DNA from: Oikopleura dioica
Taxonomy: Eukaryota; Animalia; Chordata
Assembly (NCBI GenBank): GCA_907165135.1
Contig: OU015567.1
Span: 10,664,001-10,728,000, forward strand
Length of the DNA stretch: 64,000 nucleotides
Direction: 5' to 3'
The translations under genes and the position numbers were made by a program. Below are positions 11,889-24,716 of the stretch, piece after piece. How positions within the stretch are numbered: the stretch's first letter is position 1; each line of letters starts with the position of its first letter. The notes under the pieces were generated by a model. That model did not search any database and was not told where the DNA came from. It worked only from the letters and a program-made list of their open reading frames with translations.

Positions 11889-12235
11889 TCAAAAGGGGAT
11901 TTCGACTAGTTTTTCTTGATGAAAGCAAGGAAGAATTCTCCATTTCCAGCGACAACTGGAGGCTTTTCTATTTCAACCTCTTCATTTTTCATCGTCAGTT
12001 CTTCCGATTTTTCTACATCAACAAGTGGCTCTGGTTGTTTTATATCTTTTTCAGGGCCCTTCTGCCCAGCGATTCTATCCAAGAACGCTTTATATTTTTT
12101 CGGCCTCGCGCTGGCTAGCTCAAAAATCGTATTTTCATCCGGCACTTCAAATATTTTCGTATTCGTCTCTGAATGGATAAACGCTTTTTGACCAAGACGC
12201 GATTTTTTCAACGACCACCCCTCTGGAAGCTCCAT
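11889..12235 (-). CDS. Small protein with a degenerate N-terminal WW-like motif
   Basis: MELPEGWSLKKSRLGQKAFIHSETN resembles the start of a WW domain. The last residues (VEIPF*) probably need a short GA-AG intron. Confidence 0.45.
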
Positions 12236-12582
12236 TCTATTATCAAAAGATCAACTGTCTCATCTCCCAAACAAATAATTCCGTGATATGTATCTGTCTA
12301 AAAGTGCAGTACTGTAGGTCAACGCCCGGTTTATTTCGCACTTCGAAATTTGATGACAAACATGATAAATTGATAATTCTCAATAAACAAAGCCTGCTTT
12401 GAGTAAAAAGAAAAGCGCTCAATATTTGTAAACGAGAAATATTGAGGATTCAAGAGGTAAGTTAAATAAGTGCCCTTTATTGCATATTGTGCTAGTGAGG
12501 TAATGTCGTGTTTTTACAGTGATTAGGTAATATAAAAATAGAGTTCCTTTCTTACAAAAATATCGATTTTTTCCAAAAAATC

Positions 12583-14515
12583 TTAAGTTTTTCTTGATGA
12601 CTTCATGCTTGATAATGTTGTAATTGACTGACGAGATTCTTAAGAAAATAGTTGTTAGCAAAAATTAAAGCCTGAAACTCTTACCAGATCCTTTTAAAGT
12701 GCTCTCTTTTTTGGCTCTTCTTGGCGGCGCAAGAAGTCCCTTCAGCGCTGCCTTTCTAGCAGCATGTTTTGGATCGAGAATATTTCTTGAAATACAGCCC
12801 AAGAAACAGCCAGACCCAGTTTCAGAAGCAGGAAGTCTCAAATATTTTCCAGCCGAGCCTTTTTCAATGACATCGATCGGCAACTTGAGTGGTACAGGCG
12901 CTAGTTTGTAATCGGACTTTCCAGGTAGTTGCGAGATTCCGTACTGGATGACTTCCTCGTTTTCTTTTGGGATAGAGCTTCGCGTCAGGTAAAGCGTGGC
13001 AGCAGAGCGAGGGAGAAGGAGAGAAGCAGCGAGAATGACCTTCAACCCTTCTTGGGGCTGAGAAACACCCTTGGCTAGAGCGTGGAGACGAGGGTCGTTG
13101 TCATCAAGTCCTTCCATAAGCATAAACCTGCGAAGAAATGGTAAATATACGCTCGGTTAATTCTCTTGTACCTGAGAGGATCAGCTGCAGCTGAAAGCGA
13201 GCATCGAGGCTCAATCAGCACGACTTTTACATGCATCAATCTCGGATCTGTCGGCTGCATCGTCGACAATGGTGGCACTATTTCAAAGACATCTTCATTT
13301 ATTCCGTATTCTGTCATCATATCCCGCACTTCTTGGTGTTTTTTCGTCGCCATACAAACTAGAAAATAATGATGAATGAAAGCGACAATAAATGCTTTTT
13401 ACCGATCAGTTTTGGCTTTCTCGCTTGAGATGTGTTTGGTTCGTCCCCACTTGAGAATAAAAATCGTGACTGATTGAGCTCCTCGTCCAGTAATTTCCCT
13501 GCTTTGACAACAACTTCAGCTAGCATCGGCAAGCTACTTGTGCAACCACCGCACAGTAAAATATCTTCGGATTCTTCACCGTTCAACAAGTTTGCCACTG
13601 CCTGTGGTCCGACCAACGTCGTAGAGTCAACAATCAGCATCTTCTTTTCTCGCACTGCCTCGCTCATTTCAACAGTAGTCAGGAACTCATGAGAAAAGAT
13701 AAAAAGGCCATCTTGAAGGCCAGTTCCAGGTTCGAATTCGATTCCAGCGCCCTCGAACTCGTCCGTGATTTCTTTAACACTGGCTTTGCGAGGGTTGACC
13801 CATCCGTAGATGGGCAGTTGCGAGCGGATTCTTTCCTTATTTCGGAGTTCTTCAGATAGAGTGTCGCCGAGTGTGAGAGCTGACTCACGAATTCTCATGC
13901 GCGCCAGAGAGGCGGCCAGTTTAATCGCATACTAAAATTTGCTCTTGATTTTGAAATTTGTTAGTAACTTACATTTCCGAGCTGTGTTTCGACTTCTTCG
14001 ACTTCCTCGATTCTCTGGCCAAGTTGAAGCTTGCTCCTTGTTCCTCTGGAGACAAACTTTCTCTGGACGAAATCCCAGAGCATGACAATAACGAGGGTAT
14101 TGAGGTCATCTCCCAACGGTGCTCCGCCCAAAAATCCCGATTCGATGAGCAACTCCTCCAAATGCGTTCGATATCTCAGACAAGAGAATGCCAAATCAAA
14201 CGCAATTCGCATTTCGCGGCTTTCAAATGAGCTTTGTGACGTCAAAGAAGTACTGTAAAAGCGATGTCAAGCTCCTGTATGCAATGTACGGAAGTTTGTT
14301 TACCTGGATTTTAAGTATTTGATGGGCTCGGATTCTGTTGTTTCTTCGCGGTGCGCCAAATTTGCGAATTTTTCTGACGCGATGACGAGAATTTCATCTG
14401 ACAATAAGGGCGTGCCCAAGAATTCCTGAAAAGTTGAAAGGTCTTGAACGGTCTATTTAAATCTCTAAAATACCTTGGACATTGCCGTAGAAACTTCAAT
14501 ACTGGTTGTGCTCAT
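12583..14515 (-). CDS. NSUN7: NSUN7-like RNA methyltransferase family protein
   Basis: MRIAFDLAFSCLRYRTHLEELLIESG...LVIVMLWDFVQRKF, KLAASLARMRIR...LPIYGWVNPRK, VVLIEPRCS and LYLTRSSIPKENEEVI occur in the order seen in NSUN7. Confidence 0.85.
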
Positions 14516-15506
14516 AATTTCATTTATCTCTGCTTGTAGTGTCTGTACTTTCGATTTAACGACTCTGAAAATGTTAGAATGGAGATAATTGCATTCTGCC
14601 AAAACAATCAAATCGATTTAAGCAACGACCATTGAATGGCTATGACAGTTTGAGCAGGAACAAGAGAAATCTTTCTTTGGTGAACCGGTTTTTCGTTTTC
14701 TCACCAAGATAGAGAGAGAGAATAAAAAAACGCACAGCGGGCAATAAAAATATAAGATGGGGGTAAAACGGGATCGTAGAGATGTTTTTTGAGATTTTTA
14801 ATTTTTTCTGCGAATTGGTAAGTATTCGGAACGGTCGGTGCGGCTCGCCTCGGGTCAAAAGATGCGCTGCCTCAGGCGTGAGCTGAGCGGATGTAGTTGT
14901 TTATGTGTGTGCTGTTTGAATTAGGTATTGGATGTAATGCAAGGAAAGAGAAAGAAAATTTGAACTTTTCAGGTACCAGAGGATGGCTAGAGTAGTGGCA
15001 GCGCACAGGCCTTGAGGCAACGCTACTGCGAAGCTGGGCACACCGACCGGCCGCTTCAGATTGTGGCAGTAAAGAGTGAATAGTGAGCATGTGGCGGCGG
15101 CCGATTGAAGAAAAGTTGTGTTAATCATTTTTAACAGCCGCTCACTCTACGCAACTACGCAAAATCATATCACGAGTTCTTGAGTTATACAGACTAGGAA
15201 AGGTGCACATTTAGTAGAAAAGCGTTTTTAAAACCTGTTTTTGTCTGAACAACTAAAATGAAAACCGGCGATACTTGAGCTAGCTCGAAGGCTAGCCCGA
15301 GTTATTGATTATTTTTTATGAAAATTTAAGATTTCAGAAAACCCGTTTCAGGCTGATACAAGGACAGTGAGTCATACAAAGTAGATGTTGCCGTTGATTT
15401 TTCTCTCGAATTGGATGCCCCCACAATCGGGTTAAGTTTAGGAGGCGATTGTGGGGGCATGGGTGTATGTTTTTTGGGGAAACAAAAAATACTCGCACAA
15501 ATATAC

Positions 15507-18500
15507 TCAGTTGATCGGCAAGTCGCGATCTTCCAAATAACGGTACTCGAATGTGAAGCCGTCTTTCCTTCTCTGTGCCCAGCGCTCGTAGTCGAAGTAA
15601 ATATACGTACCCTGAACAAACATTTTAAAGAAATCGTTGCTCTAGAAAAGTGGCTATCTATAAGCATGGCCGAATTCGTTTAAGCTAACTCTGACGCCTG
15701 TTCTCTTTACCTGTTCAAATTCTTCATTAATCTGCTTTGGCTCTTCATGTCGCTGAAACCACATCATATACTTTGTATGGAATCGCCAAGATTGCTTCTT
15801 TAGCGTGACGGCGGCCAGGTACTGGGCGCGCGTGCCTTCCATATAGTAGAAAATGTAGAATAGCGTCTCGACGGAGAGCTTGAGGAAGAACTCAGGAGTG
15901 TGCATGTCATCGATGCACCTGCTAGGGTAGAACTTGGGCGTTTCGACGGGATAGCGGGGCAGATACTGTCGTGGCTTTTCCGAGTCCGATAGTTGTGGCA
16001 TATGGCGATATGCAGCTTCTACCTGTGCGCGTTGGTTGTCAAACTCCCTCTGCGCCTAAACAAATTTTAATACTAACTTTTTTGATCCTAAACCGACCTC
16101 AGGAGAAACCTGCACCGGACTAATGAGATCAACAAGCGTACACTCTTTGAATAGCATCTCAGAGCTTGACCTTGAAACGTTGTTTTCCGAAGGAATCTGA
16201 ATCCAAAACACAGTAAATACAAAGATAAAAAACGATACTGTCTTGAATCAAGACTCTTGTATTTGAAATCAAGAAAGAGAACACTCACGTTATCGCTGGA
16301 ATTCAAGGACGCGTTATTGTGAACTTCTCCGTTTTGTCCATTACTATGTTGAGAATCTAAAAGTAACCGAAAATAAGTACGAAATCAAGGGGTTTTCCAT
16401 GCCTTGGGTGTATTGATGGTTCGCAATAGGCTCTCTTTTAGGCATCACAGGAGTGAAAACAGCTTCCGCAGGCGGACTTGTTCGCTCAGCTTCGTCGTTG
16501 TTAATATCAAGCTAGAGATTGTTTAGGAATAATCTTCACCGAAAATGATATGTTGAAAATTATCGTCGCTCTACTGAGCTAATCCGAAAATATCTTGATT
16601 GCTCTGCTCGCAAGGTGCTTTCAAGCCAATAAAGAGATTATTTGAAAATGGTGCAAACACCAGAGGAAATTCTTGAGTCATCTTTTCGACTAAACGTTAA
16701 CGAGAAAAACTATAAAACAAAAGTCTTTCCCGAAGAAGAAGATGTCATGTGCATGCACTTTGACATAGGCATCAGCATCAAGTACATCCGAAACTGGTTT
16801 CGCGCTCGGAAGAAAGAATTCATAAAAGAAGTTGAGAAGGCTAAAGCAAGAGAGGCACGTTTAGAAAAATTCCGAGCCCCGATTGAGGCTGCTTCTCTCA
16901 AAGAATTGAAAATATCACTGCGACCTATACCAGAGCATATCATAAGAGGCCATCAACAGGGAAAGAAAAGAATTCATGCATCTTCCGATGAGCTTGCGAT
17001 ACTGAAGGCTGCGTTTAAGGGACCCGGGCGAGTGACGCGGAGCTGAAGTTCACGCGCTCGCCGTTACTCTCAAACATGATATTTTTTGAAATTTTTTTTT
17101 GCAAACAATATCTTCAAGTATTCATCTTTCATTTGCGACTCTTAGTTTTTCTCTATCATTACTTGCTGATGAGCTAGAGTGAATTAAAGAATCGCAACTT
17201 CAAAAGGATTCAACTCCTGCAAACTTCATTCGATTTTCCTGAAACGGGTACCATTGAAAAGCCCATTAAATTCTGAACAGATACCACGTAATGCGCTAGC
17301 TAAAACTGTACCGATTGCCATTCGCGCGCTGATATACAAAAGAACTTAGCGCTCTAAGCACGGCAGGACGCTCCGATCGGGCTATTTTGGGGTCCCGGGA
17401 CATGATTCCCGCTGAGCGCGCGCTAAGTTATCTTGTTTATCTAACCTTTATCGCCAATTGGTACAGTTTCAGCCTAGCGCATTACGTGGAATCTGTTCAG
17501 AATTTAATGGGCTTTTCAATGGTACCGGTTTTAGGAAAATAAAATGAAGATTGCAGGAGTTGAATCCTTTTGAAGTTGCGCTTCTTTAATTCACTCTAGC
17601 TCATCAGCCAGTAATGATAGAGAAAAATTAAGAGTCGGAGATGAAAGATGAAGACTTGAAGATATTCTTTGCAAAAAGAAATATCAAAAAATGTTATGTT
17701 TGAGAGTAACGGCGAGCGCGTGAACTTCAGCTCCGCGTCACTCGCTCGGGTCCCTTAAGATCAATCCACACCCAACAAATGCTGATATCGAACAAATGAT
17801 GGTAGAGAATTTGCCGGGCCGGACTTTTCGATACATTAGAAAATGGTTTTACTCCGAGCGATGCAAGAATAAGAAGAGCGAAGTCATAGTAATAGAATAG
17901 ATAAAAAAAATAACTGAAGAATATTATCCTGAATTTGCATGCTACCTTTATTATAAGAGAATAAATTGACAATTGAAAAAAATATGTCACTAAACTTACT
18001 TGGTTCATATCTCTCGCTAATGAGTTCTGGTTCGAAGTCGCCGACTGATTGCTAGGCCATGCTGAGGTATTGCTTGGACTTTCTGACAGTCGTTCGCTGA
18101 CGTTGCTTTTTCGTAAAAGATTTGCCATGTTCGTAACTTGATTCGGATGAGCGGGCTGTTTCGGCGTTTGTGCAGGAGTGCCAGGGAAGGCGGCTGAATT
18201 GACGCTGCTTTTTGATGGCTTCCGCGGCGATAACGATTCTTCTTTCAGTGATTCACTCGCCGACGGCGGTCGATCAGGCGCTCCCGAGGATTTATGCCTC
18301 GTCCTGAATTGTTCGTTATGAAATACGAAGAGCTTTACTACCTGTCCGACTTTTCAGAGTTTTCAGAAAGTTTTCTATCGCGTTTGGACATTGGACTACT
18401 AGGCGACTCCTCCTCCTTTTCATCGGATTTCGTCGAAGAGTTCTCATGCACGTTATTCGTCGTGTACTCATCATTTTTCGCCATTTCTGGCACGAACTCC

Positions 18501-19678
18501 TCGTCAAACTCGAAATCGTCAAAGATCACCGCATCATCGAGATATAAGTTTTCATCTAAAAGGATATCCGTATTACTGCTCTTGTTTTGACGCCACTCGA
18601 GATCGTACCGTCTTCGTAGTTTTCCACATAGTATTCGACGTCTTCTCGGATATTGTTTATTTCGGCGGCATCGATTTTGTCGTTGTATAACAACCTCATC
18701 AAAGTTTCGATATTTTTCGTGTAGAGCATATGTCGGTCCAGTTTGCATTGAAGGTCGGCGCGTTGATCTTGACACAAGAGTTAAACTCACAGGAAATGAA
18801 CCAGCAAAACTAACCTTGGTCGGACTTTGAGAGTCGTTTTTTGTTCTCAAGACACTCGATTTCAGCCTCGTTTTGCTCAATGTGCCTGCTGAGCGCGTCG
18901 AGACTATCCTGCATCCATTTGTTGCATTCATCTTTCTCTTTTTGCGCAGGGTCCTTTGTCACTGGTCCGACTAGGCCTTCGCGACTGAAATCGAAAACAT
19001 TAGTTTTACCCACAGATAAAAGCTTTCCAAAGGAAAAATGGAAAGGTAAATTTACACTGTACCTGTAGGGCTTTGTCTTCGTTTCCCTTTCGACAACTTT
19101 GAATCTCTCCATTTGTCTTTCGATTATATGGCGATATTCTATCAGTTGCGCCTCATCGTTCGTCGCTTTGCTTGCTTGCCAGGCCTGAAACACACATGTT
19201 ATACTTCGACAGAAAAATAATTTCGCGAGGCAAGTGTAACTTTCACGCGCCCTGTCTACCAGACGGCATTTATGCTTTCACAGAAAAACAACATGCCTCA
19301 GTTGCCAAACATCATCAGTTGGCTACCAGCCTCAGACATAGGCCAAATTTAAATAACGTTTTCTCTTTGAAATTATAAAAAAGAATTTTTGATAAGACAA
19401 GAGATTATCAGTTCAAACCAGATTTCGAAGAAGAGAATACGTTGTTTTTCTGCTTGAAAATAGCGTATAAAATGTAAGTGTAAAAGTACCTTGATCTGGT
19501 CGCGCAGCCTCTGGAGCTTTTTGATGCATTTTTTCAGCTCTTCCTCCTTCTTCTCCTTTTGATTCGAGTTGGAGGAGGATTGGAGTTTATCCCAGACTTC
19601 GTTAAACTCCCTCACGCCTTCGTCGACTTTTTTATAACAATTTTCTATGTCTTTTTTCAACTTCCGAGCCGTTGCCAT
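15507..19678 (-). CDS. CNOT3: CCR4-NOT subunit CNOT3
   Basis: N-terminal Not3 domain [32 protein letters not shown]...[12 protein letters not shown]-terminal NOT box [48 protein letters not shown]...[12 protein letters not shown] 1488-nt intron at 16512-17999. Confidence 0.95.
16648..17900 (+). CDS. Divergent double-homeodomain protein, nested antisense in the CNOT3 intron and interrupted by a transposon
   Basis: HD1: [41 protein letters not shown]2: [19 protein letters not shown], then after the element [38 protein letters not shown] (17760-17900, stop 17898-17900). Removing the element gives one continuous frame. Confidence 0.75.
17019..17754. mobile_element. Foldback MITE with TTAA TSD and GGG..CCC termini (Kolobok-like)
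   Basis: TTAA at 17015-17018 and 17755-17758. Arms of about 330 bp starting GGGACCCGGGCGAGTGACGCGGAGCTGAAGTTCACGCGCTCGCCGTTACTCTCAAACAT are near-perfect reverse complements around a short spacer. Non-coding. Confidence 0.92.
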
Positions 19679-19914
19679 GTGGAATCAAAATGTTTCTTAA
19701 TTCTAAACAAGAATTACTACAGAGATGCATATCTTTTCAATCATTTTAGTAAGGCAGTTTTTCAGTTCTCGTTTTTTGTGGGTATTTACCGGTTTTTTCG
19801 TTTTTTTCCCTTTTTTGATAGATTTCAGTAGTTTCTTTCAATAAAAGTTCAGTTTTTCCAATGGCAAAATGAATGTTCAAGTAAAAATGGGTCTAAGTTC
19901 TTTATCATAATTGT

Positions 19915-21908
19915 TTATCGGTTTACTGGAAGAAATGAAGGTTTCACCCCGTTGAGAATCATTTTTTCTTGAAGCATCGGACAGAAAACTTCCTTTTCCG
20001 TCAGAAATTGAAAATCAAGCAATGTCTTCTCGCTTTTTATCGCATTCAAGACCTCTTTTGCCTCATTCGAGTCGCCTTCCATCTGCACTCCTGCCAAGAT
20101 GACATTTTGCGCTTGCCGCTCGACAACTTTAAATTCCTTGGGAAGGATGTAGCAGTTTTTGTGCTTGACATTCATCGAAAATCCGTGGTCAATCGCTTCC
20201 ACAGAAAAGTACGTCTCTGTTCGTTCTTGAATTTCACCACGCATCGCCCGTGGTCTGCCATTCGCCGATTTTGCGATGAAAAGGCAGACATCTCCTTCTT
20301 CGAGCTTCTCCGAGCTAAAATAAAACTTATCATCCCTTTTTTCGTGCAAACTACCTCTCGAGAAACTCCTTTCCATATGTAATGTTGACTTGCAGCTCAT
20401 CCGTGAGTCGCTTTAATATTTTCGGCTCATCTGTTTGAATATAAATAGATTTTATATCACTCGCATCGATGTGAACAATACGGCCAGATATAATGTCCCC
20501 AGGGGAGAAGCCAGCCTGGTTGAAGATCGCGAACTGTTCTTCTCGATAAACTCCATCCAGCTTGTCCGCACACGGCTCAAGAACGTCTTAGACTCGGTTG
20601 TCATTCGTTTTCCATTTTCTGATAATTTCGTACTACTGACGACATATAAGAATTTATTTGTTTTCGTGGCCAAAAATATTTATTATCTTGATATCATTTA
20701 GCATTTGAAGGCGCTCATAAAGAGTAACTAACCAGTTCCTGAAGCATTTTCAACGACCTCCAACAATCCCCTCTTGACAAGTCCTTGCAATAAAAGACTA
20801 CCATCTTTGAGCTCAAAGTCAACGTGTAGCAATCCATCCTTATCAACCCCATAGCAGAGCATTTTCAACACCCTGTTTTCAATCTTCTTAAACTCCTGAT
20901 CGAGCGCGCGCTTATCAGCCGAGAAAGATTTTTCAACTCCGAATAATTTCACCTTCGCGCCCGTTGGTACAACTTTATCCCGATACCAGTACTCGTATTT
21001 CGCCCATTTTCGAAGAGGATACTTGTCGCCACGATAGTTTTCGATATTGTGTTCGTATCCAGAGTCCAGGTCTCGGAAAATTACGTGTTTCGGGGTCGAT
21101 TTAACGCATTTCACACGAACAACGATGTTGGTTAATTCAGGTCCAAGGGGTCCAACACCGGTGAAATCATTCAATAGATAGAGCTCATCCTCTTCTGGTC
21201 GTTTCTTATCGAACTTTACAATGCCATCATAAACATAAGGCGCATCATAAGCCCAGTCCCAAACTTCTATGCTTGGGTTAGCTTTCCATTTGGTCAATTC
21301 AGGAAGAACAGTGAATCCAAGGTTACCATCGTAGCCCCCGACAACGACTTTGACAGCTTCTACGGTCGCGTTGTCGACTTTGAATTCAACAGAACCAAAT
21401 TGAATTTGCTTTCCTTTGCTGTTCTTCGTTCGTGTTTTCGCGATGGATAGCTTCAGTTGGACTTCGTTGACAGTAGGAGCATTGACGTTGAATTTTTCAC
21501 AGGCTTCATAGGCAAATTGCCCTCCTTTGAAAACTATATTTAAAGTTAGAGTACACGGACTCACCTCTGAGCGTGATAAAAGCATATTGACTTCCATTAT
21601 CTCTTTGCTTTACGTAAAGCTTCGCAAACTGAATGTCCCGAGCTTTTAAGAGCGCACGGATTTCGTTAGTCGTAGTGTCTTTGTGAATTTTATGGATCAT
21701 CACGTGGCGGTTCAGTTCGTTTTGCTCGGCTGAATGGAACTCATTCAACAACACTTTCTTCTCGCCATCAAACTAAACAACATGTAAATATTTAAAATGG
21801 TCATATACTCACCAGTTTATTCTCATCATTCTCTGTCTCCATCATTTCCGCAGCTGAACCCTTATCAGAGGAAATAAGATTGTTCTTAGCTGAACGAGTA
21901 CGTTTCAT
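19915..21908 (-). CDS. RRM plus two extended-Tudor-like domains (one gene, or two adjacent genes)
   Basis: RRM-like HVMIHKIHKDTTTNEIRALL...SQYAFITLR. Tudor/SN-like segments FRDLDSGYEH...KVKLFGV and EEGDVCLFIAK...RAMRGEI..YFSVEAIDHG...LPKEFKVVERQAQNVILAGV. The junction near 20600-20700 is unresolved. Confidence 0.6.
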
Positions 21909-22026
21909 TCTTCAATTTCAACTTGATCATAAAATGAAGTAAAAGTGATATTTGAAAAGCGAACAACTTTGAACATGTGGTATGCAGCTGGCAGGAATGT
22001 AAATGAATTTGAGAAAAAACAACAAA

Positions 22027-24498
22027 CTAGCTTGTCGGTAGTGCAGTTACAGTATAAAAATCGCTGTAGTTGAGTGACCACGAGAGCGTTGATAGTGTTT
22101 GGTTGCTTTGAGTTTTGATAATGTCCAGGAAGGATCGGACCATTTGCTGATAAACATGACGGATATTTCCCAATGTGATGGTGTGTTTGATCAGGTTTGT
22201 CGGGAAGGCGGCATTTTGATCAGGGAAGGAGCAAAATGCTTCCGTCTCGGAGAAGACCTTCTTGGCGAGTGTTTCGAAACGCACGATTTGGTCAAAAACA
22301 GACCTAAAAAGACTTATGTTTAAAAAAACAAAAGCTTACTCACCTTATAGTTTGAACTTTCTGCCAATGCTCCTGGCTCAAGAGACAACCGTCCTCAATT
22401 TTCCTCAAAAACTTGAGATGCGCCTCAAAAAGATCATCAACATTCTTTGCACTTTCTATGTTTTCTTCTAGCCTCGACCAAGCGACGCCAACGACTTCGA
22501 TATTGATAAAGTACTGTAATTTATTGACGAAAAAGAGCATTTCTTGCAGTAAGCGGCTTATTGAGGTGAAAATGTCGGTAACGTTTGGCAGTGCGCGTGG
22601 GTAGTGCTTCAAACACATTGACTGACCCCAAACGTAATTGAGATTGTGCTCCATTCTCTTTGCTCGGAGCAAGAAGTTGAAAATCCTGAAAAAAACGATG
22701 ACTCTGATTTGCTAAAAACCAATCGATATGTTACCGTATATATCGGCGCATAACAGTAACCGGAAAAATCGCTACAAGTGGTCCTTCAACAGAATAGTTC
22801 AAGCTGAAGACATCCCATCCAGTATCTCCTGGATTTATATCGTGCAGTCTGACGCTCACGCATTTTTTCACATATTCCTTGTCATTATCAGCTGTTGATG
22901 TATCGATCGCAAACGAAAGTGGTTCTTTAAAGTTGTGGCGGAAGATAACTTCGGCTGGCTGGTCAAGATCGCTAATAAAAAATTCGTTATGAAGTAGGTA
23001 ATATAGATAAATACCTTCTCAATTTGTCAAAAAGAGCTTGAATGAAATCGCCGTGCCCTAATAACATGTATTGCCTGAGCCCGACAAAATGATCTTTTAG
23101 ATGGTATTCTTCCAGCAGAACTTTGACTACTTTTTCTGATGTTGTTCGGGAGCAAACTAGAATTGATTACGAATGCTAATCAATCAGAAACTCACATTTG
23201 ACAAAATGCTCAAGCCTATCTTTATATTTCATCTCTTCCGGAAGCGCGTTATAATCCGCCACGGCTTCTTGCTGAAGATTTCGAACCACTTGTCCACACT
23301 CACTTCTCAAGAAACTAATGTTCTTGCCACAGAGAAGAATTGCATCAGCAAACGAGGTTTTAATATAACTAGGCATGTGGGTTTTTCGGAGGTAGTACTT
23401 GTTTGACCAGAATTCTTCTGGCTTAGCGTTTCGTCTTTCATCTATCATAAACTCATCGCAGGAGTCTTTGATCTGTCCTTCAAAAATCCACCGGTAGATC
23501 ATCTGTTCGTAGGTTTTCTGTAAAACTGCTAGAATTCTATGGACCATTTCTGAAATTTCCGCTCCTCCATGAACAGAAAAATGATGCACCACGGATAAGA
23601 TCGGTGCACCTCGCTTCTCCCGAATATTCCATGTGATCAAATACAACAATTCCAATTTTTGAAGCCAGATATTCCCTGCTGCAATGATACTCATGAATGT
23701 GACGTTTTTCTGCGTTTTGAAATTGGCTACAAACTGCTTGTATTCATTCATTATTTCGTGGAGTATAGTCAAAAATGTGCGGCAAACTACGCTGTTGTCA
23801 TTCTTTTTTATTTCAAAGAGTTTTTCAATTTCGATAACGTAGAAGCCGAATTCGCCGAGGCACTCGCTCATCGAAGCGTGTCTCGGGTCAACTCGAACAC
23901 CAGGGTCGACGATAAATGGGCGCACAGAGCCATTTGCCGGGTCGATTTTTACATAATGTCCGTGAGCTCCAATCATGACAAGGAGGCAATCTCGGACGAG
24001 CCTCGTTTCTGGAATAAGCTTGCCCGTTGCTCGGCCGACTAGAGTGAGGTTGTCTGCTTCGCGAGGCTTCCAAGTCGAGCTGAGCGAGCTATCGAGATAA
24101 TCGAACGAAGGAAAATCAGAATTCTTTAGTTGCGTAAACAGCTCATTATCACCATCGTTTCTGACGGAAAAGGAGGAGTTCCAAGCGGCCGGGCGAGAAA
24201 GAGCCTCGAAGAATTCAAAAACTTTGTTGGTTTTGGATAGGACTCCATTTGATTCAAGCCTGCTTGATAGTTTCAAATATTTTTGATAATCCAGTGGTGT
24301 CAATCGAAGAGATAAAAGATTTTTTACATCAAGGACAGGCAACTCTCCTTTTTCGCCATAAATGTCACCAATCAGTTCCAATTTGCTCGAGCTCGATTCA
24401 TAAGTAGCACCAAGCACGGTAAGTAATTTTGATATAACGTCAGTGCGTTCGGAGTCGACATGCTCTCCTGCTTCTGAGTTGCCGATTTCTGTCTCCAT
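22027..24498 (-). CDS. TUBGCP3: Gamma-tubulin complex component 3 (GCP3/Spc98)
   Basis: ETRLVRDCLLVMIG, RGAPILSVVHHFSVHG, MIYRWIFEGQIKDSCDEFMI, FWSNKYYLRKTHMPSYI...ILLCGKNISFLR and LQYFINIEVVGVAWSRLEENIESAKNVDDLFEAHLKFL are GRIP1/GRIP2 motifs. Confidence 0.88.
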
Positions 24499-24716
24499 TT
24501 CTTGAAAAAGGGGTTTATCAAACAGGTTTGAAGAAGAAAGGTGAATTCACCGGAATGTGAACAGGCATTAAAATCATTTCAAATAGCAGAATAAAAACAG
24601 ATAGAATAAGTAAAAGTTCAATGTCGGAAGAAATTTGCATGCTGGTTCAGTGCGAGATTGGTAGGTTAGATTGGTGGAATATTCAACTTGGCAATTCAAA
24701 CTTTGCAGTGAGGAGT

